Shown here one piece after another: positions 1 to 8,665 of a DNA stretch of 64,000 nt. The notes under the pieces were generated by a model. The model was not told the origin of the DNA. It ran no database searches and worked only from the letters and a program-made list of their open reading frames with translations. This stretch comes from an uncultured Candidatus Saccharibacteria bacterium (GTDB lineage: Bacteria > Patescibacteriota > Saccharimonadia > Saccharimonadales > 2-12-FULL-41-12): the NCBI GenBank assembly GCA_964404795.1, contig CAYOLI010000003.1:31621-95620 (forward strand). The letters are read 5' to 3'. The first letter of the stretch is position 1. Each line of letters starts with the position of its first letter. The translations under genes and the position numbers were made by a program.

Positions 1-410
1 GTCGCATAATTGATAGTGGTGAAGATTTAGCCAATAAAGAGTCGCAGTTCGTTGAAGGGCTTATTGACCAGAATATTTTTGCTCCAGAATTTATTAACCG
101 TTTTGACGAAGTCGTTTTGTTTAGGCCACTAAACCAAGACGAATTATTGCAGGTTGTTGATTTAATTATCGCTACTTTAAACTTAAATCTGGATAATCAA
201 AAAATAAGTGTTGTTTTGAGCGAACCAGCCAAAAGGTGGCTGGTACAAAAAGGGTACGACTCAAAGCTTGGAGCACGTCCAATGAGAAGAGTTATTCAGC
301 GTTATGTCGAAAACATTATTGCCAAAAAACTTTTAGAACAATCAACGCGTTCTGGTGAAGCCATCAATCTTGATGTTGCAGATTTTGAACAGCAGGATAT
401 AGATGCATGA
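1..410 (+). CDS. C-terminal fragment of a Clp/Hsp100-family AAA+ ATPase (ClpC/ClpB-like); 5' end lies outside the window
   Basis: Frame 3 is open from the window edge. The translation contains PEFINRFDEVVLFRPL and LGARPMRRVIQRYVENIIAKKLL, typical of the Clp D2 small domain. Stop at 408-410. Confidence 0.8.
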   Translation, partial: RIIDSGEDLANKESQFVEGLIDQNIFAPEFINRFDEVVLFRPLNQDELLQVVDLIIATLNLNLDNQKISVVLSEPAKRWLVQKGYDSKLGARPMRRVIQRYVENIIAKKLLEQSTRSGEAINLDVADFEQQDIDA

Positions 411-1048
411 TAGCTATCGCTTTATCGATAGCTACTTTCTTTTTGCTACTTTTAATAGTAGAAATTTTATGGCGTAAAAAAACTCTTAGCGCGGAGCTGT
501 CTCGCAAAATAATCCATATTATTGTAGGAAGCATTATTGCATTTTGGCCATTTTTTATTGAATGGCGAGTTATCCAACTACTATCCATAATTCTATTTGT
601 AGGCATTACGCTCTCTTACAAACTGCATTTATTCAAATCAATTCATTCAGTTAAGCGTTCCACCAAAGGAGAATTACTATACCCAATAAGTATTGGGATT
701 TGCGCATTAATGCAACCAGCGCCTTGGATATTTACGGCCGCTATTTTACACTTATCTTTTGCTGATGGGCTGGCAGCTATTGTTGGCTCAAAAACAAATG
801 GTTGGACACAGTACAAGATTTTTGGTCATAAAAAATCGCTCGTTGGTAGCGGGGTATTTTTTATTGTTTCTTTATCAATAATTTGTGCAAGTTATGCTGT
901 ACTGGCTACTGATAATATAGCTGGCGTTTCGTCGGTAATGTTACTACTAGCTGCAGTTGGAATTTCGGTTGTCGAAAACATATCTTGGTATGGGCTAGAC
1001 AATTTAACGGTCCCCATTAGTGTGATAATCTTTTTAAGTGTTTTATAG
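407..1048 (+). CDS. Polytopic membrane protein of the CTP-dependent polyprenol/phytol/dolichol-kinase (CdsA-like) superfamily
   Basis: 213-aa ORF with several hydrophobic helices. Motifs SRKIIHIIVGS and FADGLAAIVGSK resemble this family. Overlaps the upstream stop by 4 nt. Confidence 0.55.
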   Translation: MIAIALSIATFFLLLLIVEILWRKKTLSAELSRKIIHIIVGSIIAFWPFFIEWRVIQLLSIILFVGITLSYKLHLFKSIHSVKRSTKGELLYPISIGICALMQPAPWIFTAAILHLSFADGLAAIVGSKTNGWTQYKIFGHKKSLVGSGVFFIVSLSIICASYAVLATDNIAGVSSVMLLLAAVGISVVENISWYGLDNLTVPISVIIFLSVL

Positions 1049-1051
1049 ATT

Positions 1052-1129
1052 TGGGGCGAGCGATGGGAATTGAACCCACGACCTTCTGGACCACAATCAG
1101 ACGCTCTAACCAACTGAGCTACGCCCGCC
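1052..1129 (-). tRNA. tRNA-His (anticodon GTG) with genome-encoded G-1 and CCA
   Basis: The reverse complement folds as a cloverleaf: G-1 opposite C73, acceptor GCGGGCG/CGCTCGC, anticodon loop TTGTGGT, T-loop GGTTCAATTCC, 3' CCA. Confidence 0.9.
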
Positions 1130-1176
1130 TCGACGCTTGAAAGAATAATTTATTAATAATACTTACAACAGGGGTG

Positions 1177-1205
1177 ATTATAGCCCAATGTAATCAATAT
1201 TACAA
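1177..1205 (-). promoter_or_regulatory. Putative sigma70-type promoter for tRNA-His
   Basis: Minus strand reads TTGTAA-N17-TATAAT. The -10 lies in the motif GCTATAATCACC, which is also found upstream of tRNA-Gly, about 48 nt upstream of the tRNA. Confidence 0.4.
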
Positions 1206-1634
1206 TTTTTGAATGTATCGCTTGAGCGTTGGCATGATAGACAAAAAGAACTCTCTATCTTTTTGGTGTGTTAGATAGTTCGTTACTTCGTCGATATTGA
1301 CCCACCTTGCTTCTGGATTTTCAGGATCTTCTGGGCTCAGAATTGTCTGATTTGTTATGTATAAAAACATAGTTATTCTTTTTATTTCCGTTTTGTCTTC
1401 TGGCTTATTATGCAGGGCAATGCGGTGTCTGTTGTAGGTGCCGATTTTCTTTATATAAACCAAATCATAAAGACCTGTTTCTTCTCTAATCTCGCGTAAA
1501 GCAGCAGTTCTTACGTCTTCATTTTCGTCAATTCCGCCCTTTGGCAATGACCAAGAGTTACCTTGTTGACTAACAATCGCAATTTTCCCTGATTTACTGA
1601 TGACGACTCCGCCGGCTGTTTCTCTGATTTTCAT
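1200..1634 (-). CDS. NUDIX hydrolase
   Basis: 144-aa ORF with a Nudix box, GGIDENEDVRTAALREIREETGL (GX5EX7REUXEEXGU pattern). Confidence 0.85.
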   Translation of the reverse strand: MKIRETAGGVVISKSGKIAIVSQQGNSWSLPKGGIDENEDVRTAALREIREETGLYDLVYIKKIGTYNRHRIALHNKPEDKTEIKRITMFLYITNQTILSPEDPENPEARWVNIDEVTNYLTHQKDREFFLSIMPTLKRYIQKL

Positions 1635-1644
1635 AATCCAAACA

Positions 1645-2012
1645 TGGTACCCCAGGAGGGACTCGACCTACCTTCGGCAGGCCCGAAACTTTATCTTTGA
1701 AAACATAGTTTTCAAGAGAAGATTTCCTTACGGATTGCTACCAGCAACCCTCACCCCGACCTTTTCTAGCGTCGGGTGTTCACTTTAATTACCACAACTA
1801 TCTCTTGTCAGACATCGAAGGATAATCATGGTACCCCAGGAGGGACTCGACCTACCTTCGGCAGGCCCGAAACTTCATCTTTGAAAACATAGTTTTCAAG
1901 AGAAGATTTCCTTACGGATTGCTACCAGCAACCCTCACCCCGACCTTTTCTAGCGTCGGGTGTTCACTTTAATTACCACAACTATCTCTTGTCAGATATC
2001 GAAGGATAATCA
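1645..2012 (-). repeat. Two tandem 184-nt units, each ending (tRNA strand) in the last 22 nt of tRNA-Arg(UCU); candidate tRNA-linked structured RNA
   Basis: Units run 1645-1828 and 1829-2012 and differ at only two positions (1692/1876 and 1813/1997). Each plus-strand unit begins tggtaccccaggagggactcga, identical to the tRNA-Arg 3' end at 2013-2034. Several strong hairpins are present and no credible ORF. Confidence 0.85.
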
Positions 2013-2089
2013 TGGTACCCCAGGAGGGACTCGAACCCCCGACCTTGACGTTAGAACCGTCTTGCTCTAATCCACTGAGCTACTGGGGC
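2013..2089 (-). tRNA. tRNA-Arg (anticodon TCT)
   Basis: Reverse complement is GCCCCAGTAGCTCAGTGGATTAGAGCAAGACGGTTCTAACGTC...GGTTCGAGTCCCTCCTGGGGTACCA. It folds as a cloverleaf with anticodon loop GTTCTAA and encoded CCA. Confidence 0.85.
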
Positions 2090-2093
2090 AAAA

Positions 2094-2168
2094 TGGTGCG
2101 GGTGGCGAGAATCGAACTCGCATCACTTGCTTGGAAGGCAGGTATATTAGCCATTATACGACACCCGC
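2094..2168 (-). tRNA. tRNA-Gly (anticodon TCC)
   Basis: Reverse complement is GCGGGTGTCGTATAATGGCTAATATACCTGCCTTCCAAGCAAGTGATGCGAGTTCGATTCTCGCCACCCGCACCA. Anticodon loop is CTTCCAA. It closely resembles classical bacterial glyT-type tRNAs. Confidence 0.9.
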
Positions 2169-2198
2169 TAGTGCACATTTGCTTCAATAACAGAGGTG

Positions 2199-2227
2199 AT
2201 TATAGCACAAAAAAGATTACTTGTCAG
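2199..2227 (-). promoter_or_regulatory. Putative sigma70-type promoter of the tRNA-Gly/tRNA-Arg transcription unit
   Basis: Minus strand reads CTGACA-N17-TATAAT (TGTGCTATAATCACC), about 30 nt upstream of the tRNA-Gly 5' end. Confidence 0.55.
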
Positions 2228-2298
2228 AATGCAAATAAATAAAACAGCTTTATACATCTAATGTCTTTAAGATACAATAAGTACATTCGAGGAGAGTT

Positions 2299-3579
2299 TT
2301 GGTGAAAGACAAAATAGTTAAAAAACTTATTGATGCCGAAAATAAGCGTCAACGCGAGGGGCTAGAGCTAATTCCTAGTGAGAACTATGTCAGTAGAGAC
2401 GTTTTAGAGGCCATGGGCAGTGTGTTTACAAATAAATATTCCGAAGGATACCCATTTAAACGTTATTACGGAGGCCAAGAGTATACGGATCAGTTAGAGC
2501 AATTAGCAATTGACAGAGCAAAGCAGTTATTTAAGGCCGATCATGCCAATGTACAACCCCACTCAGGTGCTCCAGCCAACGAAGCAGTATATAGTGCTTG
2601 GCTTGAGACAGGCGATACTGTGCTAGCAATGGATTTAAGTCACGGAGGTCATTTGACTCATGGGGCGCCAGTTACAAGAAGCGCCAAGTTATACAACTTC
2701 GTTCGTTATAAGATGAAAGACGTAAATACCGGAGAGATAGATTACGAAGAGCTAAAGACGTTAGCAAAAAAGTATAAACCCAAAATAATTTTAGCTGGCT
2801 TTAGTGCCTACCCAAGAGAGTTGGATTACGAGAAGTTTGCACAAATTGGCAACCAAGTTGGTGCATTGTTAATGGCGGATATGGCGCATATCGCAGGATT
2901 GATTGCTGGCGGGGTAGCCAAAAATCCATTCGACTATGGCTTTCATGTTATAACGACTACAACACACAAAACACTTCGTGGTCCACGGGGCGGATTGATT
3001 TTATCGAAGGGGATTGTTAGTAATCCACTAAAGGCCCCTGAAAAAACTATAGAAAACATACCAACATTAATAGACCGAGCAGTTTTTCCTGGTATGCAAG
3101 GAGGCCCTCACGAACATATTATCGCAGCGAAGGCCGTGGCTTTTGGCGAGGCATTAAAGCCAGAGTTTCGTGTGTATGCTAGGCAAGTGGTAACCAACGC
3201 AGAATATCTCGCAAAAGAGCTCATCCGGAGAGGTTTCATGCTCATCACTGGTGGAACAAGTAACCACCTCATACTGGCAGACGTACATTCTAGTTTTGGT
3301 ATTGATGGTAATGAGGCAGAAGTGACTCTCGACAAAATTTGTCTTACACTCAACAAAAATACAATCGCTGATGATCCACTGCCACCTTTTAGGCCAAGCG
3401 GAATACGCCTGGGCACACCGGCGATTACTACTCGAGGACTTGTCGAAAAAGATATGACAAAAATCGCTGAATGGATGAAATTGGCGCTAGAGAATAGGCA
3501 TAATGAAAAAATACTTAACAAGTTAAGTGTCGAAGTAAAAAATTTCGCAAGACAGTTTCCTTTGCCGAGCGATAGTTAG
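2299..3579 (+). CDS. glyA: Serine hydroxymethyltransferase
   Basis: 426-aa ORF with ELIPSENYVS and the PLP-lysine motif TTTTHKTLRGPRGG. GGAGAG RBS just upstream; TTG (2299) or GTG (2302) start. Confidence 0.95.
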   Translation: MVKDKIVKKLIDAENKRQREGLELIPSENYVSRDVLEAMGSVFTNKYSEGYPFKRYYGGQEYTDQLEQLAIDRAKQLFKADHANVQPHSGAPANEAVYSAWLETGDTVLAMDLSHGGHLTHGAPVTRSAKLYNFVRYKMKDVNTGEIDYEELKTLAKKYKPKIILAGFSAYPRELDYEKFAQIGNQVGALLMADMAHIAGLIAGGVAKNPFDYGFHVITTTTHKTLRGPRGGLILSKGIVSNPLKAPEKTIENIPTLIDRAVFPGMQGGPHEHIIAAKAVAFGEALKPEFRVYARQVVTNAEYLAKELIRRGFMLITGGTSNHLILADVHSSFGIDGNEAEVTLDKICLTLNKNTIADDPLPPFRPSGIRLGTPAITTRGLVEKDMTKIAEWMKLALENRHNEKILNKLSVEVKNFARQFPLPSDS

Positions 3580-4601
3580 ATTATCTCTGGCTCCTGAACA
3601 AGATCGACATCGAATTTCTTTTTAGCTGCCTGCAAGATAGCATCTCTAAAAGCTATTAGCGAAGCAGTAGAAGATGCCCTTTCGTTTACCAGTACCAAGG
3701 GTTGTTTTTCCCAAACTGCCATGCCAGTTGTTGGTTCGTGATACCCCTTTAAGCCCAGTGCTTCCATCATCCAGGCCGCAGAAATTTTAACCGTATCATC
3801 GCTAACATCCCAGTAGACAATACCGGGGTACTGCTCTTTTAGCTCTTCCAGTTGCATACGTGGAATAAAGGGGTTTGTAAAGAATGACCCACAATTTGCT
3901 ACTTCCCTTGGATCTGGTAATTTATTGGATCTAATATCGATTACCGCCTGTCTAATTGCTGTTGGGGTGTATTGTTTAATTTCATGTTCGTTCAAATAAT
4001 TTTGTACAGCAGAGTAAAAGGGTGGCATTGGTGGTTTATTGCTTAGTGTTAAAGTAACCGAGGTTATAAAAAAGCGCCCTTTGTCTTTGGTTTTGAAGCG
4101 ACTAGTTCGGTAATCTAGGTCGCAGTCAATTTTTGGGATGGTAACCATCTTTTTTTCTAGTTTGTCATATGCTTGTACACAAACCAATACGTCTTTTATC
4201 TCGCGTCCGTAAGCACCAACATTCTGCACGGGAGTTGCGCCAGCCAGCCCCGGAATTAGAGATAATTGTTCTATGCCTGAGAGGTTTTTATTTGTGGTTT
4301 GTTCGACGATATCGTCCCAAACTTCTCCTGCACCAATAGTTAAAAATGACCCATCGCCTTGCTCCTGAAACTCAACACCTTTAATGTTGTTTACCAAAAC
4401 CAGCCCATCATAGCCACTGTCTTGCCAAATGATGTTACTGCCAGCCCCAATCATAATGACATTTGCAATTTTGTTACTTTCGGCCCAGTTCAAAGCCGTT
4501 TCTATGTCGTTTATGTTGTTTATTTGTTGCAAGTATTTGGCCATGCCTCCAAGACGCATTGTCGAATAACCCTTAAGTGAAATATTTTCCTGTGGTTGCA
4601 T
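3576..4601 (-). CDS. murB: UDP-N-acetylenolpyruvoylglucosamine reductase
   Basis: The ORF extends to 4709, but conserved MurB sequence starts at the internal ATG at 4601 (MQPQENISLKGYSTMRLGG...). FAD-binding region is IMIGAGSNIIW. The long form would overlap the divergent gene. Confidence 0.9.
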   Translation of the reverse strand: MQPQENISLKGYSTMRLGGMAKYLQQINNINDIETALNWAESNKIANVIMIGAGSNIIWQDSGYDGLVLVNNIKGVEFQEQGDGSFLTIGAGEVWDDIVEQTTNKNLSGIEQLSLIPGLAGATPVQNVGAYGREIKDVLVCVQAYDKLEKKMVTIPKIDCDLDYRTSRFKTKDKGRFFITSVTLTLSNKPPMPPFYSAVQNYLNEHEIKQYTPTAIRQAVIDIRSNKLPDPREVANCGSFFTNPFIPRMQLEELKEQYPGIVYWDVSDDTVKISAAWMMEALGLKGYHEPTTGMAVWEKQPLVLVNERASSTASLIAFRDAILQAAKKKFDVDLVQEPEII

Positions 4602-4640
4602 TGCTATTAGTATAACCGAAATCAAATTAACTAGTTTGTA

Positions 4641-5228
4641 GTGAATATTAAAACGTGGTCTTGCCAAAGGGACTCGTTGAGGCGTAACATAATAGATGTG
4701 AAGCAACAAAACAAAGGCCCATATGAGGCACTAGGGCGAAAAATAAAACACCTGCGCGAACAATGGCGCCAGTCGCTAGTGGAGGTTTCGGGCACTCTAG
4801 AGATAGATGAGTCAACTTTGCTTTCGATTGAAAAGGGACAAATTATGCCTAGCGAAAATGTTTTGAATATGCTCATAAGTCATTTTCTATTAACCGACGA
4901 ACAGGCAGACGAATTACGTAATTTGGCTGAACATTATAATGCACAGATGGGCGATGCTTTAATGGGTGGCATCGAAGACATGTTGATGAAGCAAATAGTG
5001 ATGTATCTACCGGTCGACAATAAAGCAATTTTTACAGACAGTATGAATGCTACAGTAAACGATCATGGGGTTGTTTTGCAGTTCATGCAAAACGGGCCAG
5101 ACGGCAAGCCCTTACCAATAGGTCGGGTCGGTATGAGCAGAGAGCATGCCGAGAGAATGATAAAAGTAATTCGCTCTACACTGGATCAGCACGACAAAAC
5201 TAACGATTCGAAACTACTTCCTTCCTAA
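4641..5228 (+). CDS. XRE-family helix-turn-helix protein with a DUF3467-like C-terminal domain
   Basis: HTH region is EALGRKIKHLREQWRQSLVEVSGTLEIDESTLLSIEKGQ. C-terminal region is VLQFMQNGPDGKPLPIGRVGMSREHAERMIKVI. The true start may be the GTG at 4698. Confidence 0.6.
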   Translation: MNIKTWSCQRDSLRRNIIDVKQQNKGPYEALGRKIKHLREQWRQSLVEVSGTLEIDESTLLSIEKGQIMPSENVLNMLISHFLLTDEQADELRNLAEHYNAQMGDALMGGIEDMLMKQIVMYLPVDNKAIFTDSMNATVNDHGVVLQFMQNGPDGKPLPIGRVGMSREHAERMIKVIRSTLDQHDKTNDSKLLPS

Positions 5229-5245
5229 AGCCAATTTATAATATC

Positions 5246-5274
5246 TAGAAAATAAATGGGTAGCGTGTTAAAAT
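5246..5274 (+). promoter_or_regulatory. Possible promoter for the tRNA-Arg/tRNA-Lys pair
   Basis: Extended -10 TGTTAAAAT at 5266-5274, with a weak -35 TAGAAA 17 nt upstream. It lies about 23 nt before the tRNA-Arg 5' end. Confidence 0.35.
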
Positions 5275-5296
5275 TACCCCTGTATTTTGGCTTTTA

Positions 5297-5373
5297 GCAC
5301 CCGTAGCTCAGTGGATTAGAGCACTGGTCTTCGGAACCAGGTGTCGTAGGTTCGAATCCTACCGGGTGTACCA
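5297..5373 (+). tRNA. tRNA-Arg (anticodon TCG)
   Basis: GCACCCGTAGCTCAGTGGATTAGAGCACTGGTCTTCGGAACCAG...GGTTCGAATCCTACCGGGTGTACCA. Anticodon stem CTGGT/ACCAG, loop CTTCGGA, CCA encoded. Confidence 0.9.
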
Positions 5374-5381
5374 ATAGTATC

Positions 5382-5458
5382 GGGCCATTAGCTCAGCTGG
5401 TTAGAGCACCTGCCTCTTAAGCAGGGTGTCCAGGGTTCGAGTCCCTGATGGCCCTCCA
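5382..5458 (+). tRNA. tRNA-Lys (anticodon CTT)
   Basis: GGGCCATTAGCTCAGCTGGTTAGAGCACCTGCCTCTTAAGCAGG...GGTTCGAGTCCCTGATGGCCCTCCA. Anticodon loop CTCTTAA, CCA encoded. Confidence 0.9.
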
Positions 5459-5528
5459 ATAATAAACAAATTTAATTATTTTAGTGAATGGCGTCGGAAA
5501 ACTGGAAATATATTTTTGAAAGAAAAAA

Positions 5529-5828
5529 TTAAAACAAGAAAATTGGAGGGTCAAAAAGATGGCCTATTATATACGCACCGATGATAACTCCGACGGTGTC
5601 AAACACAATATCTGAAAGCGAGTTTCTAATTGACTCATATCCGAAAGTAATACCGATTTTACCTAATAGTGGCGATAGTATGAGTACTTCTAGTGGCTCC
5701 CAAAGAACTAATATAGCTAGCGCATAAAATGGAGACATTATCCAGCCAAGTAGAACACCCATCAACAAATGAACGATGCTCCAGTTGTCAAACAGATTGC
5801 CATTTCGGGTGTTTTGGTTCTTGTCCAT
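5529..5828 (-). CDS. Small hypothetical membrane protein
   Basis: 99-aa ORF with three hydrophobic helices and no competing ORF. No family recognised. Confidence 0.5.
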   Translation of the reverse strand: MDKNQNTRNGNLFDNWSIVHLLMGVLLGWIMSPFYALAILVLWEPLEVLILSPLLGKIGITFGYESIRNSLSDIVFDTVGVIIGAYIIGHLFDPPIFLF

Positions 5829-5923
5829 GACTAAATCCTATACCTGGAGTATGCATACTACAATATGGTTTTGAAAATTCTGTATCTGGCAACAGAGGTA
5901 GATGACTGATATTATGGAAATGA

Positions 5924-6727
5924 ATGAAACTATTAAATGGATCAGATATTGCTGGTTTTGTAAAAGAAAGGCAAGCTCGATCGGTAAGGGGGCTTATTCA
6001 GGCACATAGCATCTACCCTAAGCTCGCAATCATTCAGACTAAAGACGATCCCACAATCGATACTTACGTTCGGCTTAAGAAAAGGTATGGCGAGGATATT
6101 TCGATCTCCGTTGAAGTTTACAGGATTGACCAAAAAGACGCGCTGTCACGAATTAAAAAACTAAATAGCGACAAATCGGTCCATGGCATTATTGTGCAAT
6201 TGCCACTAGAGAATATATCTCAAACAGATGAAATATGTAATGCCGTTGACCCAAAAAAAGATGTTGATGCGCTTGGAAAAGATGCTATCTTTGAGCCAGC
6301 TACACCTCTGGCAATACTTTGGTTGCTTGCAGGGTACAACATAGATTTGAAAAAAAAGAATATTCTACTCATTGGTAAAGGCCGACTTGTTGGGGGGCCA
6401 CTAAAAAGAATGTTAATAGCTAGTGGCCATAGGGTATCCATAGCCGATAGATCTACAAAAGAACTTAATACGTTAAGTATTAGTGCTGATGTCATAATTA
6501 CAGCCACCGGGAGTCCAAATGTTTTACGCTCGGATATGATAAAAAAAGGAGCAGTTGTAGTCGATGCAGGTGTTGCAAGCGAGGGAGGGCAGACACTGGG
6601 CGACGTTGCCGCCGAGGTCTATAACAGAGATGATATTATTATTACGCCTACAAAAGGTGGAGTTGGCCCGTTAACAATTAGTGCATTATTTGAGAACGTA
6701 ATTACTGGGGCGAAAAAGCAATTATGA
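5924..6727 (+). CDS. folD: Bifunctional methylenetetrahydrofolate dehydrogenase/cyclohydrolase
   Basis: 267-aa ORF with GIIVQLPL, ATPLAILWLL, a Rossmann segment LIGKGRLVGGPL and a C-terminal GGVGPLTISALFENV. Confidence 0.9.
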   Translation: MKLLNGSDIAGFVKERQARSVRGLIQAHSIYPKLAIIQTKDDPTIDTYVRLKKRYGEDISISVEVYRIDQKDALSRIKKLNSDKSVHGIIVQLPLENISQTDEICNAVDPKKDVDALGKDAIFEPATPLAILWLLAGYNIDLKKKNILLIGKGRLVGGPLKRMLIASGHRVSIADRSTKELNTLSISADVIITATGSPNVLRSDMIKKGAVVVDAGVASEGGQTLGDVAAEVYNRDDIIITPTKGGVGPLTISALFENVITGAKKQL

Positions 6728-7377
6728 ACGCCAAAGTAGGCGTTTTCGATTCTGGAATTGGGGGGCTATCTGTTGCCAATGCTATAAAAAACAACTTAGA
6801 AAATGTTGAGGTAATTTTTAGAAACGACCAACAACACATGCCTTACGGCGATAAGGGCTTAGAGGAAGTACTCTCTTTGTCTTTGCCGATAGTAAAATCG
6901 CTAGAGAATGACGGTTGCCAGGTGATAGTACTAGCTTGTAATACTATCAGTACTACTCTACTAGAACATATTGAAAAACACATAAAAGTACCCTTGATTG
7001 CCGTCGAGCCGATGATCTTACAAGCATCGCAAAAAACAAAGAGTAACAAGATAACGGTGTGCGCCACACCCAATACTTTAGCTAGCAGTCGATACCAATA
7101 TTTAATCGAAAAATATGCAAAACATTTGAGTATTTTTGAGCCAGATTGTAGCGACTGGGCCTACTTAATAGAAAAAAATGAGATGTACAAAGAAACAATC
7201 AGTGATTGTATTTTGCCATCAATTTCATCAGGGTCAGACGTAGTAGTTTTAGGGTGTACACACTATCACTGGATAGATAAAGAGGTAAAATTGATAGTTG
7301 GCCATAAAGCCAGTGTACTACAGCCAGAACAGCTTATTGTAGATCAGGTTCGGGAAGCTTTAAAACGGCTTGATTGA
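6724..7377 (+). CDS. murI: Glutamate racemase
   Basis: VFDSGIGGLSV plus the catalytic Cys motifs LACNTIS and LGCTHYHW. Start overlaps the folD stop (ATGA). Confidence 0.9.
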   Translation: MNAKVGVFDSGIGGLSVANAIKNNLENVEVIFRNDQQHMPYGDKGLEEVLSLSLPIVKSLENDGCQVIVLACNTISTTLLEHIEKHIKVPLIAVEPMILQASQKTKSNKITVCATPNTLASSRYQYLIEKYAKHLSIFEPDCSDWAYLIEKNEMYKETISDCILPSISSGSDVVVLGCTHYHWIDKEVKLIVGHKASVLQPEQLIVDQVREALKRLD

Positions 7378-8659
7378 ATTGGTCTCCTCTATCTTGGTAG
7401 TTTTTAAAGAGTCCAAAACTAGCACAAGCGGGAGATAGCAGTACTACGTCGCCAGCAAGGGCATGTTCAGATGCAGTACGAACAATCTGGTGCATAGTTG
7501 TGCTTGTAAGTAGTTTTATCTTGTTTTCTGGTATGTCAGCTCCTTGAAGTGCTTCCATTAGTTTTGGTCCGGTGTTACCGATCAGAATAATAAATCTTAT
7601 ATCGCTATTGGCAATCAACTTTACAAGTTCTGAATAATCGGATCCCTTATCTGAACCACCTAAGATTATAACTTTCGGGGAACTAAATGATTTTATAGCA
7701 ACCATTGCCGTTTCTGGGGTAGTTCCAAAAGAGTCATTGTAGTATTTTACGCCGTTTAGTTCGCGGATAAACTCGAGTCGGTAATGCAAGCCCTTAAAAG
7801 AGGTTATAACCGAGTTTATTGCATCTAAGTCTTTTGTAATTTGCCAAACGACAGTTACTGTCGCGCAGATATTCTGCCAGTTATGTTCACCAAGTAATCC
7901 TACCTCACTTAGAAAGCAACAAGTTTGTCCATCGATAACAATTTTATCTCCGTCTACATATGCGCCAGGTGGTCTGTAGTAGGGTATTTTTTGTCCTATC
8001 GAAGAAGAGCCAATATCTGTTGAATCAAGGTTATCGCTGTAGTAAATTGCAATATCCGAAGTTGTTTGGTGTAAAAATAGTTGTCGTTTAGCATCTTTGT
8101 ATTCTTGGTAATCTGAATGCCAATCTTGGTGTTCAGCTGCCACCATAAGACAAACTGCGATATGGGGTGAGAACTGCAAGTCAATTAGTTGAAAGTTAGC
8201 GAGTTCCAATACTACAAAATCTTCTGGCTGTATATTATTCTTTAGCATGTCTAGTGGTGGAGTACCAATGTTGCCTCCTAGATGCACCCGTTTACCGCTC
8301 GCTTCAAGCATTTTTGTTATTAATGTACTGGTAGTTCCCTTACCCTTAGTACCGGTTACACCGATAATATTTTTGCTAGGGCAAACTCGGAAAAATTCGT
8401 TTGTAACCGTTGTTACCCTATCTGATACACTTGGATTCTTCTTGCTGATGTCGTCTGGGTGTACACTTGGGCTTCTAACTATTAAATCGAAGCGGTCAAG
8501 GCCTGATAAGTAATTGTCTCCAAGCTGTGAATCTACGTCAGACGGTAGTTTTATATTGGCGTTTTCGTCGCAAATAGTTATTGTGTTGTTTGCGTCTTTA
8601 CTCCAGTACTCTAGTGCGGATTGACCCTGAGAGCCGAACCCCAATATAGCTATTTTCAT
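7334..8659 (-). CDS. murD: UDP-N-acetylmuramoyl-L-alanine--D-glutamate ligase
   Basis: 441-aa ORF with an N-terminal Rossmann segment ILGFGSQGQS and the Mur ligase P-loop GVTGTKGKGTTSTL. Its 3' end overlaps the murI 3' end. Confidence 0.9.
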   Translation of the reverse strand: MKIAILGFGSQGQSALEYWSKDANNTITICDENANIKLPSDVDSQLGDNYLSGLDRFDLIVRSPSVHPDDISKKNPSVSDRVTTVTNEFFRVCPSKNIIGVTGTKGKGTTSTLITKMLEASGKRVHLGGNIGTPPLDMLKNNIQPEDFVVLELANFQLIDLQFSPHIAVCLMVAAEHQDWHSDYQEYKDAKRQLFLHQTTSDIAIYYSDNLDSTDIGSSSIGQKIPYYRPPGAYVDGDKIVIDGQTCCFLSEVGLLGEHNWQNICATVTVVWQITKDLDAINSVITSFKGLHYRLEFIRELNGVKYYNDSFGTTPETAMVAIKSFSSPKVIILGGSDKGSDYSELVKLIANSDIRFIILIGNTGPKLMEALQGADIPENKIKLLTSTTMHQIVRTASEHALAGDVVLLSPACASFGLFKNYQDRGDQFNQAVLKLPEPDLQ

Positions 8660-8665
8660 ATCAAA

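Noticed and set aside
892-1113. 73-aa minus-strand ORF
   Set aside because: It overlaps tRNA-His and is antisense to the membrane-protein gene; a shadow ORF.
1600-1788. 62-aa plus-strand ORF crossing the first 184-nt unit
   Set aside because: It starts inside the NUDIX gene on the opposite strand and runs through repeat DNA. It has no RBS and is not maintained in the second unit's frame. It is better explained by the structured repeat.
1645-2012. CRISPR array or satellite/minisatellite interpretation of the 184-nt tandem units
   Set aside because: The units are contiguous with no unique spacers, are far longer than CRISPR repeats, and no cas genes are present. Homology and covariation with the single-copy element at 19661-19766 argue against a simple satellite.
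2012-2242. 76-aa plus-strand ORF (MVPQEGLEPPTL...)
   Set aside because: It is the antisense read-through of tRNA-Arg(UCU) and tRNA-Gly(UCC), with no RBS. The tRNA cloverleaves explain the sequence fully.
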